64,000 nucleotides of DNA from Candidatus Marinacidobacterales bacterium. GTDB taxonomy: Bacteria; Acidobacteriota; Vicinamibacteria; Marinacidobacterales; SMYC01. The translations under genes were made by a program, and so were the position numbers. Under the pieces are notes generated by a model. The model saw only the letters and a list, made by a program, of their open reading frames with translations, was not told where the DNA came from and did not search any database. Below, piece after piece: positions 9,454-20,041 of the stretch. The first letter of the stretch is position 1. Each line of letters begins with the position of its first letter. The stretch is taken from the NCBI GenBank assembly GCA_965224085.1, contig CBDCYI010000004.1, positions 1,536,001 through 1,600,000 of the forward strand, in the 5' to 3' direction.

Positions 9454-10917
9454 CTAGGTGCGGGCGACACCCGAAGCCCGCTCGTCGTAGGAGAGTCGGA
9501 TCTTCGCTTCCACGTGGGGGTGCCGGCCGCAAACTTCGCGCAAGTGCTCTCGGCTCAGCTCGAGGATCTCCGTGTTCTTGACCGCCGTCACCGTGGCGGT
9601 GCGCGGCTCTCCCGAGAGCGCGGCCATCTCGCCAAAGAAATCGCCGTCACGTAACGTGGCAACGGGAAGCTGCTGGCCATCTCTGTTGACGGTCGCCCGC
9701 ACTTCGCCGGTGCTGATGATGAACATCGAATCTCCGGGACCGCCTTCGGTCACGATGACCTCTCCCGCCTTCGCGACCCGCCGCATGAGCAGAAGAGCGA
9801 CATCCACGAATTCCGCCGTCGTGAGATCCGAAAATAAGGGGATATGGGTGGGCGCTTCGTGCTCGATGTCCTGCTCGCCCTTGGCCGAGATGCCGACGTC
9901 GTCGATGATCGAGTCGATCAGCGAGTCGATATCTTCACCCAGAGCATCCACCATAGACTCGACCCCGTTGGCCGCCAGCTCGGGCTCGGAATCGGCCTAA
10001 ACAACCTCCCTCTCCTCGAGAAACGGAATGTCGGGCTCGCCAGTATTCTCGAGCTCACTCGAAGCGGCCACGTCGAGCACAATCTCGGGCGAGTCCGAAG
10101 GCAGCGTCTCGAGACCGTCCAACGAGAGCTCGATTTCCACTTCGCTCGATGGCTCCTCGAACGTCAGCTCGATCACCTCGTCGTCGCTTGGATCCGGGAC
10201 GATACCAACAAGCTCCACACGCTCTTCTTCGAAGGTCGGAGGCTCGTCAAGCGACACTTCGCCCGGCGGCTCGGTCTGATCCATCAAGTCGAATCCACCC
10301 GACTCAGCGATTTCAGCAGGCGGCTCTTCGACAGGCGGCGGCTCGGGCGTTTGCGCCGAGATCTCACCCGAGGTGCCGAACTCCATCTCCATGCTCTCTT
10401 CGAGACTGAGCTCCGGATGCGTGACGGGCGGCGGGGATGAGGCTTCCGCCGCGGGCGGCGGGGACGAAGCTTCCGCCGCGGGCGGCGGGGAGGGGGCTTC
10501 CACCTGCGGGGCCTCCTCACTAGCGCGCTGGATCGGCGCGTCGGGGTGCATCAAAGCTTCCGCCAGAGACTGACGGTTGCTCGACGTCGCGGAGCGATCC
10601 CCCGTCATCGCCGCCAACTTCTCGTGAACCTCCGTCTGGCGCGGATCGATCTGAAGGATTTTCTTGTTGATGGCGATGGCGCGGATCATGAAGCCTTTGT
10701 CGGCGAGCTCGTCCGCAACGATCCGAAGCTGCTTGACGGCTTCGTTCTTCTTCCCCGCCAAAACGAGCGTGTCGGCAAAGCGCAAACGAATCTGCGTGTT
10801 TTTCTTATCCTTCCGTAAGAGCGTGATGAACCATTCCAAAGCGCCATTGTAGTCCCGTTTTTGCAGGCACGCCTGGATCTCTTTGAACGGCTCCTTTTGC
10901 TTCTTACGGAAGGCCAT
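9454..10917 (-). pseudogene. TPR + acidic linker + cNMP-binding protein interrupted by one in-frame TAG (9997-9999)
   Basis: ORFs 9997-10917 and 9454-9954 share a frame with only that stop between them; GDFFGEMAALSGEPRTATV cNMP motif. Confidence 0.8.
10425..10504. repeat. 27-bp tandem repeat, about 3 copies, encoding (A)EASSPPPA
   Basis: CGGGCGGCGGGGA.GA.GCTTCCGCCG units start at 10425, 10452 and 10479. Confidence 0.85.
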
Positions 10918-11249
10918 CAGGCGTGTCTCAAACGATTCGGATTTCTTGGATCAACTGGGCTCGACGGACCCAGGGTTGCTTGATCTTACCACGAACCGCC
11001 TTCTTCATCGACGTAAAGCCGGAGCACGGACCCTGTGCCCGCTATCGAGGCGCTGCGCCAGCGCGATATCGAAGGGAACGTTGTTGGCCGCTTCGCTGGC
11101 TCCTGGTGCTCGCCCCGTTACGAGCGCGCCTCGCGGGCCACCCATCACTTGCCGGCCTTCCAAGCCCTCTGCTACACTTTTAAACGTCTTCGTTCCAACA
11201 GCATGCGACATTTTTCTCCACTGAAGCTCGATGACCATCGGTTTTTAGC

Positions 11250-12422
11250 ATGAGGTTTCCCGGCAGCAAACTACTCTCCCAAGACATCTCCACCGAAACC
11301 ACTTCTTTCGACAGCATCATTCGTCACTGCGAGAACGTCAACCTCTCCGGCTACATGGAGGTGACGTTCGGCGACGCCGAGGGGCTCCTCCTTTTCTACC
11401 TCGGCGAGCAGATCAATATTATCTATCGTCACACCAACAAGATCTTTCTCGGGGGTGAGGCGACGCTCAAGCTCCGCAACACCGCCCAGATGCGTGAGGG
11501 TAAGATCTCGATCTACGAGCTCCCCCTGGACATGGCGCACATGCTGCGAGGGCTCTCCAACCGAAAAGAGATTTTTGGACAGATCTTCGCCGCCGAGCCG
11601 CTGAAAGACTTCATCCGCTAGCGACATGACGACGGCCATACCGGATCGCTCGAAATCCTCACCAACAAAGGTACAGGGATGATCCTGCTAGTCCGGGGGC
11701 GTTTTTCCACGGCCTATTTCGAGACCGAAGGCGGCGTCACGTTCGAGAAAAAAGAAGCCCTCAACAAAATCTACGCGCTACTCGAGCGCGACGACACTTC
11801 GGCGCAAGTATTTCAATCCGATTTTTCTCCCGACATCTGGAAGACGCGCCAACAGGGCAGCAAGGGTCGTTCAAGCCGCCTTCAAGAGCTCCTCGAGCAG
11901 CGCGGGGACGGGCCCGCAGAGCCGATGGAGAGCACAAATTTTAACGAGACGAGCAAGCCGAGAGATAGCACGACTGCGCGCGTCGTCACCATGGCCGAAG
12001 TCGCTCCGCCGCCCGAGCCTCCCCCGAGCGCCGATCGAAGACCGCTCCAGGAGCAAATTCTCTCCGATATCGAGGAGCAAACGCCGTCGCTCCTCGCCAC
12101 TTTCTTCTTCGATCTCGGAAGCGAGGAAATCGATGCCGAACTCGTCACCGCCCCCGACGAGACCGCGGACCGCCTCATCATCGACAAGCTGCCAGCCTTC
12201 GTCAAATATCTCGAGAACCTCGCCGCGATGCGCGGCGACGATCACGTCGAGATTCTCTCGATGAGCACGGAGAATTTCTATCTCATCGTCAAATGCATCC
12301 CGGAGACCGAGGAAGGCATCGCCATGATCACCGACCGGAGCCAGCCGGTCACCCTCGCAAGCTCACTTCTTCTGAACAGCGCACACCGCTACGTGGCGAT
12401 GCTCGCAGGAACCGCCGTTTAG
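11250..12422 (+). pseudogene. Tandem DUF4388/PATAN-like domains with possible Roadblock-like C-terminus, interrupted by in-frame TAG (11619-11621)
   Basis: KDFIR*RHDDGHTGSLEI reads in frame into ORF 11679; repeated SGYMEV...GLLLF / TGSLEI...GMILL pattern. Confidence 0.65.
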
Positions 12423-12463
12423 AAACGTCAGAGCACCAACCTTCGTTTCTCCTATGTTATCGT

Positions 12464-13147
12464 GTGCGAGCTTTGGGTTTATTCGTCACGCTCGAGGGGA
12501 TCGAGGGATGCGGTAAGTCGACGCAAGCCCCGCGTCTCGCCCGCCGGCTTCGTCAGGAAGGCTACGACTGCTTTCTCACGCGCGAGCCAGGCGGCACCGT
12601 CATTGGCAGCGAGATTCGCCAGGTCATCCTCAGCCCGGAGAACCATCGCATGTGCGCCGAGACCGAGCTCGGTCTTTATTTTTCCGATCGCGCGCAGCAC
12701 TTGCGTGAAGTCGTTTGGCCGGCACTCGAGGCGGGCCGTATCGTTGTGTGCGACCGCTTTACCGACTCGACCATGGCTTACCAAGGGTATGGTCGCGGTC
12801 TTTCGCTGCGACAGATCCACGCACTCGATCAGGCAATGACAGGGCAGTTCAAACCCCACGTCACCCTGCTACTGGACTTGTCCGTCCAAGAGGGGCTGGC
12901 GCGCGCCCGCGAGCGGAACCGTGAAAGCACGTCGCACAGCGATGAAGGGCGGTTCGAACAGGAAGAGATCAACTTTCATCGGCGGGTGCGCGCCGGCTAT
13001 GCGAAAATGGCCCGCAAAGAGAGTGAGCGCTACATCACCGTGCCCGCCTCGGGAAAACCCCGCGACGTGCACGAAGCCCTTTGGACCGCTCTGAAGAAGA
13101 CTCGAAAGCTCCCGCGAAAACATGTCGTTCGAAAAGCTCGTCGGTAA
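12464..13147 (+). CDS. tmk: Thymidylate kinase
   Basis: FVTLEGIEGCGKST, TREPGG, CDRFTDSTMAYQG. Confidence 0.95.
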   Translation: MRALGLFVTLEGIEGCGKSTQAPRLARRLRQEGYDCFLTREPGGTVIGSEIRQVILSPENHRMCAETELGLYFSDRAQHLREVVWPALEAGRIVVCDRFTDSTMAYQGYGRGLSLRQIHALDQAMTGQFKPHVTLLLDLSVQEGLARARERNRESTSHSDEGRFEQEEINFHRRVRAGYAKMARKESERYITVPASGKPRDVHEALWTALKKTRKLPRKHVVRKARR

Positions 13148-14135
13148 CCGGGCACTTGTCTCGAGGATCGCGCGCATGGTTCGCTCGGGTAAAGTTCCGC
13201 CAAGCCTTCTATTCAGCGGCCCGTCCGGCGTGGGCAAGCTGCAAGCGGCGATGACGCTCGCCAAGGCGCTCAATTGCACCCGGTCCAAAACAGACGCCTG
13301 TGGCGCTTGCCCGGCCTGTCTCCGTATCGATCGGGAAGAGCACCCCGATGTTCATATCGCGCGGCCGGAAGGTGCGGGACGTCAGCTGCGCGCGGACGCC
13401 GTGCGTGAAATCGTCCGCGAGACACCGTTCCGCCCGTTCGAAGGACGCCGGCGCGTATCGATCCTGGTCGATGCCGATCGCATGAACGACGCGGCCGCCA
13501 ACAGGCTCCTCAAAACACTGGAAGAGCCGCCGCCCTGGGCCGTCCTCATCCTTGTCACTTCGAACGCAGCGTCTCTTTTGCCGACGATCCTCTCGCGCTG
13601 TCAGATCTACCGCTTTGCGCCACTCGCGATCGAAGAGCTCAGCGAGCTGCTCGTCAGCGAACACGACGTCGATCGCGAGCAGGCCACGCTGCTCGCGGCG
13701 CTTTCCGGCGGCAGCGTGACCGAAGCGCTTTCCTATAGGGACGAGCCCCTGACCGACCTCCGCCAAGAATCGCTGCGGCTTCTGTCGGTGGTCGCTCGAG
13801 GTGGGCGTGAGCAAGATCTCGTACCCTGGGCTTCCCGGCTCGCGAAAGATACGAGACTGATCCTCTTGCTGCATCTGCTCATGGGTATGGCGCGCGACGT
13901 CGCCGCGACCTCGGCAGGTGGGGTGATCGTCCATCGCGATTTGAAGGACGAGCTCGACGGGCTGTCCCAAGGGGCGCCTCTCGACGCGTGGCTCGCCGCG
14001 TATCGGCTCACCGAAAAAGCCCTCGAAGATCTCCGCGATCGCTATCTCAACAAACGCCTTACGGTGGCTCGGCTCCTCGCCGAGCTGAAGAAGCTCTCCG
14101 GTGGACAGCTCTCCCAAGCTCTAGACCACCGATAG
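13122..14135 (+). CDS. holB: DNA polymerase III delta' subunit
   Basis: GPSGVGK, CGACPAC, HPDV, AANRLLKTLEEPP, TILSRC; follows tmk. Confidence 0.93.
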   Translation: MSFEKLVGNRALVSRIARMVRSGKVPPSLLFSGPSGVGKLQAAMTLAKALNCTRSKTDACGACPACLRIDREEHPDVHIARPEGAGRQLRADAVREIVRETPFRPFEGRRRVSILVDADRMNDAAANRLLKTLEEPPPWAVLILVTSNAASLLPTILSRCQIYRFAPLAIEELSELLVSEHDVDREQATLLAALSGGSVTEALSYRDEPLTDLRQESLRLLSVVARGGREQDLVPWASRLAKDTRLILLLHLLMGMARDVAATSAGGVIVHRDLKDELDGLSQGAPLDAWLAAYRLTEKALEDLRDRYLNKRLTVARLLAELKKLSGGQLSQALDHR

Positions 14136-14317
14136 CCGGGCAGCAAGTCCTGTGGTAGACTCAAAAGTAATTATCGCCAGTTTTTCAGTGCTGTTTCTCT
14201 GACGAGCCTATCCAATTGGTTCCAACGACCAATGATCGGTCGGACCAGGCGTCTAGGCGGGTGAACGCCGGCCCGTAGCGTGTCCGAAGGGTGGGGTACA
14301 AAGGAGCGAGGTATCTC

Positions 14318-14632
14318 GTGAACCGCAAGCTGATTCGGCCAAACTTGACGGACCTCAAGGAACAGATGGGCCCGAAGGGCGCAACGCGCGCTAAGCGAGT
14401 GCCTCCGGAACAGACGAACGCGGAGAGCTTCTACTACCTCAAGCAAATGAATAGCAAGACGCCGATGGTAGTGGTCTTGGTCGACGGTGAGGAAATCCAC
14501 GGCATCATCGAGTGGTACGACAAGAACTGCCTCAAGCTCAATCGCCCCGACAAGCCGAACGTCCTGCTCCCGAAGCACAACATCAAATATATCTACAAAG
14601 CCTGCGAAAAAACGGACCCGAAATCTGATTAG
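14318..14632 (+). CDS. hfq: Hfq-like Sm-fold RNA chaperone
   Basis: [29 protein letters not shown]...LLPKHNI; RBS before GTG 14318. Confidence 0.75.
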   Translation: MNRKLIRPNLTDLKEQMGPKGATRAKRVPPEQTNAESFYYLKQMNSKTPMVVVLVDGEEIHGIIEWYDKNCLKLNRPDKPNVLLPKHNIKYIYKACEKTDPKSD

Positions 14633-14653
14633 AACAAGACCGCCAGACCTCAT

Positions 14654-14674
14654 GAGGGCGCGCGGGCCCTTTTT
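14654..14674 (+). terminator. Intrinsic terminator after hfq
   Basis: AGGGC-loop-GCCCT followed by a T-tract. Confidence 0.6.
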
Positions 14675-14681
14675 CTACGTC

Positions 14682-15170
14682 TCAACGCCGTTGCTTGAGG
14701 GCCGCTTCCACGTCGCGCGCCATGTCACGCTCGCGGGCGGCGGCTCTTTTGTCGTGCTGCCGCTTGCCGCGGGCGAGTGCGAGCTCGACTTTCAATCGTC
14801 CTTTTTTGAAGTACATGCGAGTAGGCACCACGGTCAGCCCCCTCTCGGTGATCTTGCCGATGAGACGCCGGAGCTCGCGTTTCTTGACTAGAAGCTTGCG
14901 TGGGCGCAGCGGTTCGTGGTTTTCATGCGTCCCGAAGCGGTAGGGGCTGATGTGCGCTTGCAGCAGATAGAGCTCCCCGTCTCGTACCGCTGCATAGCTG
15001 TCCTTCAAATTCACGGCCCCTTCGCGAGCCGCCTTGACCTCGGTCCCCACAAGGACGAGCCCTGCTTCGAGCCGGTCGAGCAGCTCGTAGGTGTGCGACG
15101 CCTTTCGATTGACGGCGACGACCTTCTCGCCCGGCTCAGACGGTCGGGAGCCAGCAGACTTTTTACCCAC
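14682..15170 (-). CDS. smpB: SsrA-binding protein
   Basis: NRKA...EAGLVLVGTEVK...RKLL...GKRQHDKR. Confidence 0.96.
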   Translation of the reverse strand: MGKKSAGSRPSEPGEKVVAVNRKASHTYELLDRLEAGLVLVGTEVKAAREGAVNLKDSYAAVRDGELYLLQAHISPYRFGTHENHEPLRPRKLLVKKRELRRLIGKITERGLTVVPTRMYFKKGRLKVELALARGKRQHDKRAAARERDMARDVEAALKQRR

Positions 15171-15282
15171 GATACAATTTGCCTTGGTGCCTTGGAAGAG
15201 ATTCGAGGCGTCCCTACTCCTCGTCCTCGTTGCGGGAGAGCCAAAACGAACGGATCGCTGACCGTAGGGAAACGCCCCAATA

Positions 15283-15291
15283 TGGTATACT
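15283..15291 (+). promoter_or_regulatory. Putative extended -10 promoter for the secretion/pilus operon
   Basis: TGGTATACT about 110 nt upstream of the first gene. Confidence 0.4.
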
Positions 15292-15402
15292 ATACGTTAA
15301 CTTTTAGCCCCGTAAACCCACGGCGGACTGGACCTTACGGCCACCGAGCCGGTGCGTCGCTTTCCAGAATCGCCTCTTCAGGGGCCCCGGGAGAGTTGCG
15401 AG

Positions 15403-16623
15403 ATGACGCAGTTCCTCGCCAAGGTGGGCACGCTCGCCGGTGACATCGAAGAGCTTGCCATGAACGCGGACACCGAAAACGTCCTGCGCGACGAGCTTCG
15501 AGAAAAAGGATACCACGTCTTTTGGGTCCGGCGGAGCCTCGGCCTTGGCGGGATAAGAAATCCCTTCAGCCGGCGGCAGCGCATCTCCCACACTGAGTTC
15601 ACCCTCTTTAACCAGGAGCTGGCGGCGCTTCTCAGAGCTGGGCTTGCTTTGCTGCAATGCCTCGACATCATGCTCGAGCGGAGGAGCAACCCGTTTTTCA
15701 AGCAAGTCCTAATCGATATCCGTAACAAGGTCAAATCCGGAATGGCACTCTCGGAGGCATTCCGCTCGCATGGCGATCTCTTCCCGCGTATCTACTCGGC
15801 GTCCCTCGTCGCGGGCGAGAAGAGCGGCGGCCTCGATACCGTGCTAAAGGCTTATGTGCGCTACCTCAAGCTCAGCGAAGCCACGCGCAAGAAGGTCATC
15901 GCCGCGCTCGTCTACCCAGCCTTCCTCTTTGCGACGCTCGCGTTCGCCACGGCTTTCTTGCTCCTCTGGGTGATCCCCCGTTTCGCCGGCTTCTTCGAAG
16001 GATTCGGCGCCGAGCTCCCCATCCTCACGGTCATCCTCATGGCCGTCGCAACTACGTTGCGCGATCACATCGTGATCCTCACGACGGCGACGCTTGCGGG
16101 ATGCATCGTCTTCTTTTTGTGGTCGAAGCGCGACGGCTCCAAAAACATCATCGACCGCTTCCTGCTGAAGCTGCCATTTCTCGGTCCCATATTTCACCTC
16201 TTCGCGACTTCGCAGTTGACGCGCTCGCTCGGGACGCTGCTTTCTGGCGGCATCCCCCTCGTCCAGGCCATCGACATCTCCGCGGGCTCGATCAGCAATC
16301 GTCATATCGGCAGCGCGGTCATGCCCGTCGCCGAGCGTGTACGTGAGGGAAAAGCCTTCTCGATCAGTTTGGAGAAAACGGGCGAGTTCTCAAATCTCAC
16401 CATTGAGATGGTAAAGGTCGGTGAGAACACCGGCGATCTCGCCGAAATGCTTCAAAACGTCGCGGATTTCGCCGATGAAGAAATCGACAACCGGTTGAAC
16501 CTCATGCTCTCCATGCTCGAGCCCATTGTGCTCCTGTTCATGGGCGGCCTCGTGGCCATGATTCTTCTCGCCATCTATCTGCCGATGTTCGATTTGATCA
16601 ACGCGGCGCGGTCAGGAGTGTAG
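15403..16623 (+). CDS. GspF/PilC inner-membrane platform protein
   Basis: QELAALLRAGL, AGEKSGGL, VGENTGDL, LEPIV, AIYLPMF. Confidence 0.93.
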   Translation: MTQFLAKVGTLAGDIEELAMNADTENVLRDELREKGYHVFWVRRSLGLGGIRNPFSRRQRISHTEFTLFNQELAALLRAGLALLQCLDIMLERRSNPFFKQVLIDIRNKVKSGMALSEAFRSHGDLFPRIYSASLVAGEKSGGLDTVLKAYVRYLKLSEATRKKVIAALVYPAFLFATLAFATAFLLLWVIPRFAGFFEGFGAELPILTVILMAVATTLRDHIVILTTATLAGCIVFFLWSKRDGSKNIIDRFLLKLPFLGPIFHLFATSQLTRSLGTLLSGGIPLVQAIDISAGSISNRHIGSAVMPVAERVREGKAFSISLEKTGEFSNLTIEMVKVGENTGDLAEMLQNVADFADEEIDNRLNLMLSMLEPIVLLFMGGLVAMILLAIYLPMFDLINAARSGV

Positions 16624-16632
16624 GACGGAGCC

Positions 16633-18294
16633 ATGGCGACGCCCCGCGACACGAATCAGTTCGTGCCCGAGCTCGACCCGGAAGGCACTGCGCTCACACT
16701 GGAAGAGGCGCGGAACAAAGAGAATGACGACGCGAAACGACTCGCCGAGCGTTGCCGCCTCGAGTTCATCGATCTGACGAGCTTTCAGCCCGACCAAGAG
16801 CTGTTCCAGAGCGTCCCAGTGGATCTCATGTTCCGCTACAACTTCCTTCCCTATCGGAAAGAGGACGGGAAGCTCGTTGTCGTCACGGCCGACCCGACCA
16901 ACGTGCCCGCGATGGACGAGGTCGCGTCGATCTTGAATACGCCCGTGCTCGCCGCGGTGGGCACCGATACCGCGATCCAGGAGCTTCTAAAAAAAAGCCA
17001 GAGCGCCCAGCGCGTGCTCGAGGAAGCCTCCGAGAGCTTCCACATGGAGATCATCCGCGAGGACGACGCGGGCGAAGAAACGCTCTCGATCGACCGCCTC
17101 ACGGATACGTCGAGCCCCATCATCCGGCTCGTCGACTCGGCCGTCTACAACGCATTGAACCGCCGGGCTTCCGACATCCACATCGAGACCCGCGACGAAG
17201 AGGTCGTCATCAAGTACCGCATCGACGGCGCGCTGACGCGGGCGATGAAGCCCATCCCCAAGGCCCATCACTCAGAGATCATCAGCCGCATCAAAGTCAT
17301 GGCGGAACTCGACATCGCCGAAAAGCGCGTCCCTCAGGACGGGCGTTTTCGACTCAAGATCAAGGGGCGCCGGATCGATTTTCGCGTCTCGATCATGCCG
17401 AGCATCCACGGAGAAGACGCCGTCATCCGCATTCTCGACAAAGAGTCCATAAGCGAGCGCTTTACCGAGCTAAGACTCGACATCCTGGGCATGGCAGAGG
17501 CCGAAGTCAAGCGCATTCGTCGTTTCATTCACGAGCCCTACGGGATGTTTCTCGTGACCGGGCCTACCGGTAGCGGCAAGACGACAACGCTCTACGCCGC
17601 GCTTTCCGAGATCTACAACGAAGAGGACAAGATCATCACGATTGAAGACCCCGTCGAATATCAGCTCAAAGGCGTCACCCAGATTCCCATCAACGAGAAA
17701 AAAGGCCTCACTTTTTCACGGGGGCTACGCTCCATTCTGCGTCACGATCCCGACAAGGTCATGGTGGGAGAGATCCGAGACCCGGAGACGGCGCAGATCG
17801 CCATCAACGCCGCGTTGACGGGACATCTTGTTTTCACGACGGTCCACGCGAACAACGTCATCGACGTTATCGGGCGCTTCTTGAATATGGGTGTCGAGCC
17901 TTACAACTTCGTCTCGTCGCTCAACTGCATCCTCGCGCAACGGCTCATCCGAACGATCTGCGCGTTCTGCAAGAAGCCGTACAGGGCCGATGCGACCCTT
18001 CTCGAGGACTCGGCGCTCGATCCGGCGCGCTACGGCGAGCACACGTTCTATCGCGGTGAAGGCTGCATTCAATGCTCGGGCTCGGGCTATAAAGGAAGGG
18101 AGGCTATCAGCGAGCTTCTCGGATTGAGCGACGAGATCCGCGAGATGCTCGTCGAAAGGCGGCCTGCGGTGGAGATCAAGAAAGCCGCGAAGCAATCCGG
18201 CATGGTCTTTCTCCGGGACTCGGCGGTCGAAAAGGCGCTTTCGGGGCAATCCACGCTCGAGGAGATCAACCGCGTCACTTTCGTGGCGTCTTGA
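16633..18294 (+). CDS. GspE/PilB assembly ATPase
   Basis: RASDIHIE, PQDGRF, GPTGSGKTTT, TIEDPVE, GEIRD, TGHLVFTTVH, tetra-Cys motif. Confidence 0.96.
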   Translation: MATPRDTNQFVPELDPEGTALTLEEARNKENDDAKRLAERCRLEFIDLTSFQPDQELFQSVPVDLMFRYNFLPYRKEDGKLVVVTADPTNVPAMDEVASILNTPVLAAVGTDTAIQELLKKSQSAQRVLEEASESFHMEIIREDDAGEETLSIDRLTDTSSPIIRLVDSAVYNALNRRASDIHIETRDEEVVIKYRIDGALTRAMKPIPKAHHSEIISRIKVMAELDIAEKRVPQDGRFRLKIKGRRIDFRVSIMPSIHGEDAVIRILDKESISERFTELRLDILGMAEAEVKRIRRFIHEPYGMFLVTGPTGSGKTTTLYAALSEIYNEEDKIITIEDPVEYQLKGVTQIPINEKKGLTFSRGLRSILRHDPDKVMVGEIRDPETAQIAINAALTGHLVFTTVHANNVIDVIGRFLNMGVEPYNFVSSLNCILAQRLIRTICAFCKKPYRADATLLEDSALDPARYGEHTFYRGEGCIQCSGSGYKGREAISELLGLSDEIREMLVERRPAVEIKKAAKQSGMVFLRDSAVEKALSGQSTLEEINRVTFVAS

Positions 18295-18318
18295 GGCCCA
18301 CACAGCAAGACGATAAGG

Positions 18319-19317
18319 ATGAGGATGAGAAGACGCAGCCCCTGGATGCGCTGGCTCCTCGACCCCGAGCCACCGGGGCTCGGTCTGGATTTGCGCACCG
18401 GCGAGCTTTCGTTCGCACGCTTGTCGGCGAAACGCGCGAAGCCCGAGCTGGATCTGTGTGTTACCTCGCCTTTGCCGACGAACTGTCTCGCGTTCAGCAT
18501 GCTCGAGCCCAACATCCTCGACCCGAAAGCGCTCGGCCAGTCGATCGAGAACATCATGTTCGGCGTGGGCGCGAATGGAGCCAAGCGGCTTGCGCTAACG
18601 CTCCCCGACTATGTCGCACGCATCTCGGTCGTCGAGCTCGCCGAAGCTCCCCGTTCGACGTCGGAGGTGATCGACATGCTCAAATTTCGACTCAAGAAGT
18701 CTCTCGGCTTCGATACCGAAAAAGCGCGGCTCGCGTTCACGCGGCTTCCCGGCATAACACCCGCCTACCTCACCGGTGTCATGCACGAATCGGTCGTCGG
18801 GCAATACGAGGACTTTCTCACTGAGCTCGGTTTCGAGGTTGGGCTCGTGATCCCGGCGAGCATGAGCCTGCTCCAGGTCCTCGCTCCCGTTGCCAGCAGC
18901 AAATTGGCGCCCGGGGCGGATTATTTCTTCGTCAATGTCGAGCGGGAATATTTCACGGTCAGTCTGGTAAGAGATCGAGAGGTTCCGGTTCTGACACGAA
19001 CGTTGGGGCTGCGCTCGCAGGGCGATGACGGCCCGCCCGTCATCTACAGTGAAGACGATCTCGTGCGGGAGATCATCCCGACCGCCATTTATTACAGGGA
19101 GAAGCTCAAAGGTTCTTCTCTCGAGCGGATTTATTACCGCTCGCTCAGGCCGGATCTGATCCACCTACGCGAGCTCCTGGAGGAACAATTCGAAGCGCCG
19201 ACCGAGCCGCTCAATCTGAGAAGTGCTGTGGGCGTCGCGGAGAATCTGAAGATGGACGCGGCCCTCGCCGATTCCGTGGGCGCCGCGGCCGGGGCGGCGC
19301 TCGGTAGCGCTGCCTGA
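18319..19317 (+). CDS. PilM-like alignment protein
   Basis: GLDL N-terminal motif; size and position before PilN/PilO-like genes. Confidence 0.7.
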   Translation: MRMRRRSPWMRWLLDPEPPGLGLDLRTGELSFARLSAKRAKPELDLCVTSPLPTNCLAFSMLEPNILDPKALGQSIENIMFGVGANGAKRLALTLPDYVARISVVELAEAPRSTSEVIDMLKFRLKKSLGFDTEKARLAFTRLPGITPAYLTGVMHESVVGQYEDFLTELGFEVGLVIPASMSLLQVLAPVASSKLAPGADYFFVNVEREYFTVSLVRDREVPVLTRTLGLRSQGDDGPPVIYSEDDLVREIIPTAIYYREKLKGSSLERIYYRSLRPDLIHLRELLEEQFEAPTEPLNLRSAVGVAENLKMDAALADSVGAAAGAALGSAA

Positions 19318-19330
19318 GACCTGACGGACG

Positions 19331-20041
19331 ATGTCTAACCGTTTCAATTTCGCGCGCCGCCCTTTCGTCAATGAAAGGCTTCCGCGATTGGTTTCCATCG
19401 CGGCGGCGACACTCGTCATCGGCCTCACGCTCGTCCACGTTTTCTTCCTCGCCCGCTACCTCGTCCGTGAGCAAGAGGAGCTCGACGTGCAGGTCGCCGA
19501 GCTACGGGACGAGCGCACCGCCACCGAATCACGCATCGCGAGCGCCGCGGCAAGCGTCGCTCAGGGTCGAACTGCGCTCGGCAACGAGAGAACGGTGTTT
19601 CTCGCGCGCATCTACCGGCTCAAGAGCTTCTCCTGGACAGGCCTTTTCAACGAGCTCGAGGCGATCACGCCGAGAGCCGTGCGCATTACTTCGATCGCGC
19701 CGCTCGAAGTCGACGGCGAGATTTCGGTGACGCTCACGCTCGTAGGGCGCACGCTCCAAAACGTGCTCGAGATGGTAAGCGCGCTCGAGGGGAGCTCGTT
19801 CTTTGCGACCGTGTTTCCTCTGGACGAAGTCGATTTGGCCGATCAGGGTGCCGGCACAAACAGCGGCATCGCGGCCACGCTACGGCTTCGTTATGTGGAT
19901 TACGAGCTCACGCCAGTCGAGCCGGAGCCTGAGGCGAAACGTGAGACCGATGAAGACACGACGTCCGGTGACGCGGATTCGGCCGAAGCCGACATCCCTC
20001 AAGCGCCCGAGCCCGGACCGAATGCGGAGCGCAACCCATGA
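19331..20041 (+). CDS. PilN-like protein
   Basis: FNFARRPF, single TM, coiled coil, SWTGLFNELEAITP..VRITSI. Confidence 0.75.
   Translation: MSNRFNFARRPFVNERLPRLVSIAAATLVIGLTLVHVFFLARYLVREQEELDVQVAELRDERTATESRIASAAASVAQGRTALGNERTVFLARIYRLKSFSWTGLFNELEAITPRAVRITSIAPLEVDGEISVTLTLVGRTLQNVLEMVSALEGSSFFATVFPLDEVDLADQGAGTNSGIAATLRLRYVDYELTPVEPEPEAKRETDEDTTSGDADSAEADIPQAPEPGPNAERNP

Noticed and set aside
9997-11621. Genome-wide TAG reassignment (alternative genetic code)
   Set aside because: Many conserved genes end at TAG exactly where homologs end (OPT, GspF, DctP, glnA); no CUA-anticodon tRNA in the window
14682-15400. tmRNA beside smpB
   Set aside because: No tmRNA-like 5' GGGG or TCCACCA 3' termini in the flanking sequence
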